NCBI GenBank assembly: GCA_965208575.1
Contig: CBDBOV010000005.1
Span: 1,197,092-1,261,091 of the forward strand
Origin: Spirochaetia bacterium
Lineage (GTDB): Bacteria > Spirochaetota > Spirochaetia > SZUA-6 > Bin103
Direction: 5' to 3'
DNA: 64,000 nt
Below, one piece after another: positions 9,264 to 17,377 of the stretch. Within the stretch, counting starts at the first letter, position 1, and every line of letters starts with the position of its first letter. The notes below the pieces were generated by a model, which was not told where the DNA came from, searched no databases, and saw only the letters and a program-made list of their open reading frames with translations. The position numbers were made by a program, and so were the translations under genes.

Positions 9264-9419
9264 TACTCGGCGCCTGCTAGGTAGCGCCGGTACGCGGTAC
9301 GCCTGGGGGCTTACTCGGCGCCTGCAACGTAGAGACGGTACGCCGGGTGCGCTTACTCGGCGCCTGCAACATGGAGCCGGTACGCACTGGCGCGCTCACT
9401 CGGCGCCTGCAACGTAGAG
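9263..9419 (-). repeat. Degenerate tandem array: three 42-48 bp copies of the lipoprotein gene's 3' end
   Basis: Core ACTCGGCGCCTGC at 9265, 9313, 9355 and 9398 (the last is inside the gene). The three downstream units also share CGGTACGC. Confidence 0.9.
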
Positions 9420-12400
9420 GTCGACGAAGTGCACCGGCCCACCAAGCGCCCGCAGGGCGACCGTGTCGGCAGCCCGCGCCGACACCGCTCCGGTAGCCAT
9501 CACCTTGAACTGCTCGGTTCCGTCGACGAACACCGAGATCGAACCGGCGCAGGCCCCGGCCGCCGCCATCGGCGGGCAATCGCCCGGCTGATAGAGCGCC
9601 TCGATCGTCACCTCGCTGTCGAGCGCACGCGCGACCTTGGTGCTGTTCAGCCACATCAGCCGATTGCCGTCGAGCGACTGGTAGAGCTGCACGTGGGCAT
9701 GATCGGTGTCGTAGAAACCCACCTCCTGCGTGATCCAGACCAGGTAGGAGTTGCCGTAGTTCCACGTGTTCGCCGTTCGCGGCGTGGCGGAGGCGAGGAA
9801 GTGCACTCCCAGGCCGCTCCGGGCCGCCGCGTCGGCGTATGCGGTGACCCCGTACAGCGTCGCACCGCCCGCCTGCGGCACGTCGCGTACGGCGAATTTC
9901 GCGTGCGTGGCGCCGGCGTCGGTCTGGCTGACCCGCCCGCCGGCGACGGTCCAGGCACCCTCACCGGGCTGCGCGGCGCCTGCCGCGAATCCATGTACCG
10001 CTCTGCTGCCCGCCGGAGCGGCCGCCAGTTTGTCGCGCACCAGCTCCGCAACGGTTCGGACACGGTGTCCCTGGCCGCGCGGTGTGATCACCACCATGCC
10101 GTCTGGCCGCGCCTGGAACGACACCGCGTAGGCTTCGCCGCCGATGCCGACGTTGGAAATTACCAGCGTATCGCGCGCGGTCGCCGAGATGGCGGGCGCG
10201 GACAGGTCGAGGGCCGGCATGATGCCGTCCGCGGTATCGTACAGCCTCTCCGCCACGCCGGTGAACCCGCTCTCGTGGCGCAACCGCACGGCGTAGTCCT
10301 TCGCGCCGTAGCCGATGCCGGAGACGTAGATCGAGTCGGGCCCCGCGATCGACACGGTCGCCGCGTCCAGGTTCAACTGCCGCATGTCCAGGTCGCCGGA
10401 GATCGTCACTCCGCCCATCGGCGCCAGTTCCAGCTTCAGGGCTTCGATCTCGGCGCGTGCCGCGGCGGCATCGGCCCTGGCTGCCGCGGCGTCGGTCCTG
10501 GCCGCGACGGCATCGGCGGTGGCCGCCGCCGCATCGGTCCTCGCCGCGGCGGCGTCCGCGTTGGCTGCTTCGGCGTCGGCCCTGGCTGCCGCAGCGCCGG
10601 CGTTCGCGTCGGCAACCTCCGCGTCCGCCATGGCGCGTGCTTCGGCAACCTCCATGTCCGCCACAGCGCGTGCTTCGGCAACCTCCGCATCCGCCGTGGC
10701 GCGTGCCTCGGCCATGTCGGCGGCGGCCTGCGCCCTCGCGGACGCCACCAGCTCGTCGGCGGTGGGCGGTAGCGCCACCGGACGGATGCCGACCACCTCG
10801 AGGCGATTGTCGCCGGCATACCGGAGTTGCCCGGAGTAGCCGGTCCCGCCGACGCCCACGTAGGCGACATCGAGTACGTCAGGTTCGACAAGGGTCAACT
10901 CGGTCTGCGACAGGTCGACGGAGTCGGGGATCAGCTTGCCGGTCGGTCCGAAGATGCTCTCCACGGTCGCCGTGGTGCCGCCCCGGTAGCGCAGCAGCGC
11001 CGAGTAGGTGTCGCCCGCGTATCGGATCGACGAGATGTACACCGACTCCGGACCGGCGAGCGATGCCTCCGCGGCATCGAGATTCAGCAGGCCGGGATCG
11101 ATTCCGGCCGCCGATATCATGACCACGCTCGGGCGGTACGCCTCGGCCATCATCATGTCCATCGCCTGCCGGGCGCTCTCCAGGTCGGCGCGCGCCTCTG
11201 CGATGGCAGCCGCCGACTCGGCTTCGACGGCAGCCAGCCGCTCCTCGGCCGCCGTCACCGCGGCGCGCGCGGCATCGGTATCGGCCTCGGCCTCGGCAAC
11301 GGCGGCGCGCGCGGCGTCCGTATCGGCCTCAGCCTCGGCAACGGCGGCGCGGGCAGCGGCCACCCGGGCAGCGGCCCGCGCCTCGGTCTGCGCCATCAGC
11401 TCGCGCGGCGTGGGTGGCAGCTTGACCTGTTTGAGGCCGACCAGTTCGAAGCGATTGTCGCCGGCGTACCGGAGCTGGCCGGAGTATCCATTGCCGCCGA
11501 CGCCGACGTTGGCTACGTCCAGCACGTCAGGAGCGATCAGCGACAGCTCGGTGTGCGACAGGTCGATCGCGTCGGGGATCAGCTTCCCGGCCGATCCGAA
11601 CACCTTGTCGACGGTGGCCGTGGTGCCGCCCCGGTAGCGCATCAACGCCGAGTAGGTAGCGTTTCCATACCGGATTCCGGCAACGTAGATCGACTCGGGA
11701 CCGCCCAGGGAGACCGTCGCATGGTCGAGATTCAACAAGGTGGGATCGATCCGGTCGACATCGATCACTACGGCGCTCGGCCGGTGCAACTCCGCCATCA
11801 TCAGGTCCACCCTGTCGCGCGCGGCGTCCACGGCGGCTTGTGCCTCGGCGATGTCGGCGGCCGACTCCGCCTGCACGGCGGCCAGCCGCGCCTCGGCCAC
11901 GGCGACCGCGGCCTCGGCGTCGGCGGCTGCCGCCTCGGCGACGGCGATGGCGGCTTCAGCGTCGGCGACTGCAGTTTCAGCGTCGGCGCGCGCTTCGGCG
12001 ATGGCGGCGTCGGCGCGCGCTCTGGCGGCGGCCACCAGTTCCTCGGCGGTCGGCGGCAATGTCACCCGCCGGATGCCGACGGCCTGCAGGCGGTTGTCGC
12101 CCGCGTAGCGCAACTCGCCGGTGTAGCCGCTGCCGCCGATGCCGACGAAAGCCACTTGCAGGGTGTCCGGCGACACGAGCGCAAGCTCGGTCCGCGTCAA
12201 GTCGACCGAGTCGGGTATCAGTTTTCCGGCACTCCCGAAAATGCGCTCCACCGTGGCGGTGGTTCCCCCGCGATACCGCAACAGCGCCGAGAACGTGTCG
12301 TCTCCATAGCCGATCGAGGCGATGTAGATCGATTCGGGCCCGGCCAGGTAAACTTGGGCGTTGTCGAAGTTCAGCAGACCGGGATCGAGGTGTTCGGCGG

Positions 12401-12863
12401 CAATCGTCACCGCGCTCGGCCGGTACGCCTCCGCCGACATCATGTCGGTCTTGTCCTGCGCCCTCGCCGCGCTGGCGCGGGCGCTGGCGATGGCAGCCTG
12501 CGACTCCGCTTCGACGTCGGCGGCCCGTTCCCGTGCGGCATCGGCCGCGGACTGCGCCGCGGCGGCGGCGGCCTGAGCGGTGCCCGCTTCCTCCTGTGCC
12601 TGCGCGGCCATCGTCTGCGCCTTGCCGGTGGCGGCCTGCGCGTCGGCCACTTCCGCCTCCAGGGCCGCGACGTCGGCCTGCAGGGCCGCGATCTGTTCCT
12701 CGGTGGTCATCTGTTCAGATTCCGGTTCCACCGCATCAGATTCCGGTTCCACCGCAACTCCGGCCGGACTGACACAGCCGGCGAGCGTTGCGAGCAAGCC
12801 TGCAACGGCAAGCAGCACCGCTGGATGCGCCCTGCGAATCAGCGCGCCGAAACTCATCTTCAT
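9396..12863 (-). CDS. Large surface lipoprotein (~1155 aa): repeated ~125-aa beta-rich domains alternating with Ala-rich coiled coils, plus a C-terminal beta-sandwich-like domain
   Basis: Signal peptide with lipobox LLATLAGC. Three near-identical domains (YRPS..GPESIY..LRYRGGTTATV..GKLIPD..LRYAGDNR..LPPT) plus a degenerate fourth. GGGGA RBS upstream of MKMSF. Confidence 0.85.
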   Translation of the reverse strand: MKMSFGALIRRAHPAVLLAVAGLLATLAGCVSPAGVAVEPESDAVEPESEQMTTEEQIAALQADVAALEAEVADAQAATGKAQTMAAQAQEEAGTAQAAAAAAQSAADAARERAADVEAESQAAIASARASAARAQDKTDMMSAEAYRPSAVTIAAEHLDPGLLNFDNAQVYLAGPESIYIASIGYGDDTFSALLRYRGGTTATVERIFGSAGKLIPDSVDLTRTELALVSPDTLQVAFVGIGGSGYTGELRYAGDNRLQAVGIRRVTLPPTAEELVAAARARADAAIAEARADAETAVADAEAAIAVAEAAAADAEAAVAVAEARLAAVQAESAADIAEAQAAVDAARDRVDLMMAELHRPSAVVIDVDRIDPTLLNLDHATVSLGGPESIYVAGIRYGNATYSALMRYRGGTTATVDKVFGSAGKLIPDAIDLSHTELSLIAPDVLDVANVGVGGNGYSGQLRYAGDNRFELVGLKQVKLPPTPRELMAQTEARAAARVAAARAAVAEAEADTDAARAAVAEAEADTDAARAAVTAAEERLAAVEAESAAAIAEARADLESARQAMDMMMAEAYRPSVVMISAAGIDPGLLNLDAAEASLAGPESVYISSIRYAGDTYSALLRYRGGTTATVESIFGPTGKLIPDSVDLSQTELTLVEPDVLDVAYVGVGGTGYSGQLRYAGDNRLEVVGIRPVALPPTADELVASARAQAAADMAEARATADAEVAEARAVADMEVAEARAMADAEVADANAGAAAARADAEAANADAAAARTDAAAATADAVAARTDAAAARADAAAARAEIEALKLELAPMGGVTISGDLDMRQLNLDAATVSIAGPDSIYVSGIGYGAKDYAVRLRHESGFTGVAERLYDTADGIMPALDLSAPAISATARDTLVISNVGIGGEAYAVSFQARPDGMVVITPRGQGHRVRTVAELVRDKLAAAPAGSRAVHGFAAGAAQPGEGAWTVAGGRVSQTDAGATHAKFAVRDVPQAGGATLYGVTAYADAAARSGLGVHFLASATPRTANTWNYGNSYLVWITQEVGFYDTDHAHVQLYQSLDGNRLMWLNSTKVARALDSEVTIEALYQPGDCPPMAAAGACAGSISVFVDGTEQFKVMATGAVSARAADTVALRALGGPVHFVDLYVAGAE
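12715..12756 (+). repeat. Perfect 21-bp tandem duplication in the lipoprotein N-terminal tether
   Basis: TCAGATTCCGGTTCCACCGCA x2, encoding AVEPESD/AVEPESE. Confidence 0.9.
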
Positions 12864-12891
12864 ACCTAGGTCCCCGGATGCCATGTCGCGT

Positions 12892-12920
12892 ATCATTTCC
12901 GGCCCCGACAAGCTTGTCAA
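12892..12920 (-). promoter_or_regulatory. Putative sigma70 promoter of the lipoprotein gene with overlapping palindrome
   Basis: TTGACA (12920-12915), 17-nt spacer, weak -10 AATGAT. Perfect palindrome GACAAGCTTGTC at 12907-12918. Confidence 0.45.
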
Positions 12921-12934
12921 TGAAAAAAAGGGCG

Positions 12935-14821
12935 CTATCGGCCGGCCGGCGCGGGTTGGCCGGCGTTGGTGAGCTCGAACTGGCTGTGGTAGATGCGCGC
13001 GTAGGTGCCGTCGAGACGCAGCAGTTCGTCGTGCGAGCCGCGCTCCACCACCCTGCCGGCATCGATCACGTAGATCAGATCGGCGCGCTGCACGGTGCTC
13101 AGCCGGTGCGCGATCACGAAGCTGGTGCGTCCCTGCAACAGCTCGCCGAGCGCCGCCTGGATGAGCAGCTCGGTGCGCGTGTCCACGTTGGAGGTCGCCT
13201 CGTCGAGCACCAGGATGCGAGGATCCTTGAGCAGCGCGCGCGCAATTGACAACAGTTGGCGCTGGCCGCGGCTCAGGTTGCTCGCCCCCTCCTGCAGCAT
13301 GGTGTCGTAGCCGTCGGGCAGGGCGGCAATGAACCCGTGGGCGCGGGCCCGCCGCGCCGCCGCCTCGATCTCCCCGTCGCCGGCGTCCGGCCGGCCGTAG
13401 CTGATGTTGTGCCGGATGGTGTCGGCAAACAGGAACGTGTCCTGCAGGACGATGCTGATGGCGCCGCGCAGGCTGTCCTGCGTTACCGTGCGTATGTCCT
13501 GTCCGTCGATGTTCACCGACCCGGCCTGCACGTCGTAGAACCGTTCGAGCAGACTGATGATGGTGGTCTTGCCGGCACCGGTGGTACCGACCAGGGCGAC
13601 CGTGCGGCCCGGTTCGGCGACCAGGTTCATGCCCTTGAGCACCGGCGTGTCCGGTTCGTAGGCAAAGTGTACGTCCTTGAATTCGACCCTGCCCGCGCCG
13701 ATCGCAAGCGGCTTCGCGCCCCGCCGGTCGCGCACCGCCGGTTCCACGTCGAGCAGCTCGAAGACGCGCTCGGCGCCCGCGATGGACGATTGCAGCATTG
13801 CCCAGAGCATCGAAATGGAACGCACCGGCTCGAAGAAGCGCCGTTCGTACTGCAGAAACGCCACGATCACGCCGATCGTCACCAGTTCGAGATTGGCCAG
13901 GTACCCGCCGTAGGCAAGCACCACGGCGATGCCGATGCCGCTGATGATGTCCATGGTGGGGGCGAACGCGGCAGTCAGCGACTCCGCACCCACGTTGGCG
14001 TCGCGGTTGGCGCGGTTCAGTTGCCGGAAGCTCTGCGAGTTCCACGACTGGCGGTTGAACGCCTGCGCGACCTTCGCGCCGGAGATGTTCTGCTCCAGCT
14101 CGGTGCTGACGCCGCTGATCGTCTTGCGGGTCTCGCGGAAGGCGGAACGCGCGCGCCGCGAGAACAGCGCCGTACTCACGTACATCAGCGGCAGCAGGGC
14201 GAACGTGGCCAGCGCCAGCCGCCAGTTGAGCCACAGCATTCCGATCAGGATGGCTATCAGCAGCAGGAAGCTGGACACCAGCCGCGACAGCCCCATGCCG
14301 ACCACCCGGTTGATGACGTCGGTATCGTTGACCAGCCGCGACAGCAGGTCGCCGGCCTCGTTCCTGTCGAAATAGCTGAGTGACAGTTGGTGGACCTTGC
14401 TCATGATTTGCGCACGCATGCGCAACAGCATGCGCTGGCCCACCGCGGCCAGGGCGTAGCGGCTGCCGGCGTTGGTCAGCCACCCGATCAGGAACAGCAC
14501 CAGCACCAGGACCATCGCGATGGTCAACTGCGACCAGGCCGCGTCGCGTGCCGCGGCCCCGGTCAGGTACTGCTCCAGGTGATCGACCGCCACCGCGATG
14601 TACACCGGCGCAGCCGCCTGCGCCAGCGCGGACACGGCTGCCAGGGCCACCACCAGGAACAGGGTCCAGCGCATGTCGCTCATGTAGCGGAACATGCGCA
14701 GCAAGGTCTCGGTGACCCGCGCGGCGCCCTGGTCGTCGCCGTGGAATCCGAACGGTTGCATGCCCATGCGCCCACGTCCCGGTCCCATGGGCGCCTGCGT
14801 CTGCCGGCGGGCGTCGCTCAC
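12935..14821 (-). CDS. ABC exporter ATP-binding/permease subunit (heterodimer, consensus Walker B)
   Basis: TM domain, GTTGAGKT, LSRGQRQ, VLDEATS, IAHRLST. GTG start overlaps upstream TGA. Confidence 0.92.
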   Translation of the reverse strand: MSDARRQTQAPMGPGRGRMGMQPFGFHGDDQGAARVTETLLRMFRYMSDMRWTLFLVVALAAVSALAQAAAPVYIAVAVDHLEQYLTGAAARDAAWSQLTIAMVLVLVLFLIGWLTNAGSRYALAAVGQRMLLRMRAQIMSKVHQLSLSYFDRNEAGDLLSRLVNDTDVINRVVGMGLSRLVSSFLLLIAILIGMLWLNWRLALATFALLPLMYVSTALFSRRARSAFRETRKTISGVSTELEQNISGAKVAQAFNRQSWNSQSFRQLNRANRDANVGAESLTAAFAPTMDIISGIGIAVVLAYGGYLANLELVTIGVIVAFLQYERRFFEPVRSISMLWAMLQSSIAGAERVFELLDVEPAVRDRRGAKPLAIGAGRVEFKDVHFAYEPDTPVLKGMNLVAEPGRTVALVGTTGAGKTTIISLLERFYDVQAGSVNIDGQDIRTVTQDSLRGAISIVLQDTFLFADTIRHNISYGRPDAGDGEIEAAARRARAHGFIAALPDGYDTMLQEGASNLSRGQRQLLSIARALLKDPRILVLDEATSNVDTRTELLIQAALGELLQGRTSFVIAHRLSTVQRADLIYVIDAGRVVERGSHDELLRLDGTYARIYHSQFELTNAGQPAPAGR

Positions 14822-16839
14822 CGTGTCACCTCCTCGGTCTTGGGCCGCCGAACCGGATCCTCCTGCTCGGAGAGCTGCGCGTAGAAGGTCTCGGCGTACA
14901 GGGCGTTGTTGTCGAGCAGCTCCCGGTGGGTGCCGAGCCCGGCGATGCGGCCCTGGTGGAGCAGCACCACGCGGTCGGCGGCGAGCACCGTGTTCATGCG
15001 GCTGGCGATGACGAACGACAGGCGATCGCGCTTCAGCCGGTCGATGGCGGCGCGGATCCGCACCTCGGTCTCGTAGTCGACGTTGCTGGTGCTGTCGTCG
15101 AAGATCAGGATGCGCGGTTCGATCAACAGCGCGCGCGCGATGGCGATGCGTTGTTTCTGGCCGCCCGAGAGTGTGACGCCGCGTTCGCCGACCTCGGAGT
15201 GATAGCCATTCGGGAACGACTCGATGAAATCGTGCGCGGCCGCCGCCTGCGCCGCTGCGGCGATCTGTTCGTCGGTGGCGTCGGGGCGCCCGTAGGCGAT
15301 GTTCTCGCGTATGGTTCCGCCGAACAGCGTGGTTTCCTCCAGCACGATGCCGATCTGCCGGCGCAAGGACTCCAGGGTGACGTCGCGAATGTCGACTCCA
15401 TCGAAGGTGATGCGGCCCTCGGTGACGTCGTAGAAGCGCGGTATCAGGTTGATGATGGTGCTCTTGCCCGAACCGGTGCCGCCGACGATGGCAATGGTTT
15501 CGGTGGCGCGGGTGGCGAACGTCACGTCCTGGAGGACCGCCGCGCCGAGGCCGAAGTAGCGGAAGCCGACGCCCTCGAAGCGCACGCCGCGCGTGAGCGG
15601 GGCCAGTTCCGCGGCGCCGGATACTTCCTTGACGTCGGATTCGGCATCCAGGATCTCGAAGATCCGTTCGGCGCTGGCGGAGGCCTGCGAGATCGACATC
15701 ATGATCATGCCGAGCATGGTGATCGGGAACATGGCCACGATCAGGTAGCCCTGGAACGCGACCAGCTCGCCGATGGTGAGGCGTTGCGCCAGGACCTGGA
15801 TGCCGCCGCCCCAGGTCACCACCAGGGTCCCGAAGTTGGACATGGCGAACACCAGCGGAATGGCGAGGGAGAAAACGGCCGCGGCGAGCATCGACTGGTC
15901 GTAGAGTTCCTGGTTGGAATGCTCGAACCGTCTCTGTTCGCGTGCGGCTCCGGTGTACGCCTTCACCACCCGCACACCGACCAGGTTCTCCTCCAGCCTG
16001 GTGTTGAGGGCGGCGATCTTTTCCTGGATCCCGCGGAATATCGGCCGGCCCTTGCGCGCCATGAACGAGAACAGGGCGAACACGGCCATCATCACCGGCA
16101 CCACGTGCAGGGCCAGCCGCCAGTTGGTGACGAACAGCAGGTACAGGCTTCCGATCATCAGCACCGCGGTGGTGACGATCTGGATGACGCCGGTGCTGAT
16201 GAAGGTGCGCACCATGTCGACGTCGCTGGTTGCGCGCGTCAGGAGCTGGCCGGTCTGGGAGCGGTCGTGATAGCTGAACGACAGGCTCTGTATGTGATCG
16301 TACAGCGCGTTGCGCAGGTCGTAGGCCACGCCCTGCGAAACCTTGGCGGCCAGTACTCCCTGCAGGTAGGTGAACAACGAGCGCAGCACGGTCACCGCAA
16401 ATATCACCACCGAGCCGATCACGATAGCCTGCAGCCGGTCGTCGAGGATGCCGCTGTCGACCACCAACTGGGTGATGCGCGGTACCGCGAGGTTGCCTGC
16501 CGAACTGGCCAGCAGACAAATCAGGCTGGCCAGGGTAGCCGCCTTGTAGTGGCGCATGAACATCAGGGTGCGCAGCAGCGCCCGCAGCGCCGGCCGGCGC
16601 ACCAGGCGCCGGCCGCGCCGGCTCCCACTCCCGTTCGACCAGCCGCCGCCGGCGGCGCCGCCGGGCGCCATCCCGCCCGTGCCGACGCCTGCGCCCGTGC
16701 GTCCGGCTCCGTCCGCGCGCGCGGCTGCGTCCGCGCCCGGGACGGACCCGTTCGCGCGCGCCGGCGGTCCACCTCGGTTCGGTGCGCGGCCACGGCGCGC
16801 CCTGTTGCCGTCTGCGCGCGGCGAAGAGTGCTCAGACAC
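14818..16839 (-). CDS. ABC exporter ATP-binding/permease subunit (heterodimer, degenerate site)
   Basis: TM domain, GGTGSGKS, LSGGQKQR, degenerate Walker B ILIFDDSTS, H-loop IASR. Start uncertain, low-complexity N-terminus. Confidence 0.9.
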   Translation of the reverse strand: MSEHSSPRADGNRARRGRAPNRGGPPARANGSVPGADAAARADGAGRTGAGVGTGGMAPGGAAGGGWSNGSGSRRGRRLVRRPALRALLRTLMFMRHYKAATLASLICLLASSAGNLAVPRITQLVVDSGILDDRLQAIVIGSVVIFAVTVLRSLFTYLQGVLAAKVSQGVAYDLRNALYDHIQSLSFSYHDRSQTGQLLTRATSDVDMVRTFISTGVIQIVTTAVLMIGSLYLLFVTNWRLALHVVPVMMAVFALFSFMARKGRPIFRGIQEKIAALNTRLEENLVGVRVVKAYTGAAREQRRFEHSNQELYDQSMLAAAVFSLAIPLVFAMSNFGTLVVTWGGGIQVLAQRLTIGELVAFQGYLIVAMFPITMLGMIMMSISQASASAERIFEILDAESDVKEVSGAAELAPLTRGVRFEGVGFRYFGLGAAVLQDVTFATRATETIAIVGGTGSGKSTIINLIPRFYDVTEGRITFDGVDIRDVTLESLRRQIGIVLEETTLFGGTIRENIAYGRPDATDEQIAAAAQAAAAHDFIESFPNGYHSEVGERGVTLSGGQKQRIAIARALLIEPRILIFDDSTSNVDYETEVRIRAAIDRLKRDRLSFVIASRMNTVLAADRVVLLHQGRIAGLGTHRELLDNNALYAETFYAQLSEQEDPVRRPKTEEVTR

Positions 16840-17284
16840 GGTTGGGCTCCTCGCTATCCGAAAGTTTCTCAAGCAGCGTATTCAAATCGTTCAACTCCGC
16901 GGCGGTCAGCGCATCCATCACGCACCGGACGCGTCGCTCGTACTCCGGCCACAACTCACCGATCCGCCGCCGTCCCGCCGTGGTGGCGTGGACCAGCACC
17001 ACGCGCCGGTCGCCGGGCGCGGGCCGCCGTTCCACCAGCCCCTCACGCTCCAGGCGGTCGACGACGCCGGACGCGTTGCCGGGATCGGTCCATGACCGTG
17101 CGGCGAGCTTGGTGAGCGGGATGCCATCGTCCGGAATGCGAATGAGGGTAAAGAATTGCGCCCCGGTCATGCCTGCTTTGTGGAACACCGTGCCGACCAC
17201 CCGCTTGATGCGTAACGACGTGCGCATCAGCCGCCGGAATGCGGCGACCGACGGATCACCGGAAGTGTCGAATCGATCATCCAT
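16832..17284 (-). CDS. MarR family transcriptional regulator
   Basis: GMTGAQF..L..LA....DPGNASGVVDRLEREGLVERR...DRRVVLVHAT..GR winged HTH. Confidence 0.92.
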   Translation of the reverse strand: MDDRFDTSGDPSVAAFRRLMRTSLRIKRVVGTVFHKAGMTGAQFFTLIRIPDDGIPLTKLAARSWTDPGNASGVVDRLEREGLVERRPAPGDRRVVLVHATTAGRRRIGELWPEYERRVRCVMDALTAAELNDLNTLLEKLSDSEEPNRV

Positions 17285-17287
17285 CGC

Positions 17288-17341
17288 GTTGTTTGTAACT
17301 GCAACAACTATAATGACAAATACTTGAGCCGGGCAACAACT
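17288..17341 (-). promoter_or_regulatory. Putative marR operon promoter and operator
   Basis: TTGCCC (17336-17331), 18 nt, TATAGT (17312-17307). Inverted repeat GTTGTT-N9-AACAAC at 17288-17308. GCAACAACT repeated at 17301 and 17333. Confidence 0.55.
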
Positions 17342-17377
17342 GGCCCGCGATGAAGATCACCGGCAGGGCCAGGCGCA

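Noticed and set aside
9263-9419. Mini CRISPR array
   Set aside because: The conserved core is short, the spacers resemble each other, the period is irregular (48/42/43), one copy is the coding end of a gene, and no cas genes are present.
9396-16519. 1695-aa and 1194-aa ORFs from the ORF track
   Set aside because: Their 5' extensions are off-frame shadows over the ABC genes. The real starts are near 12863 and 14821.
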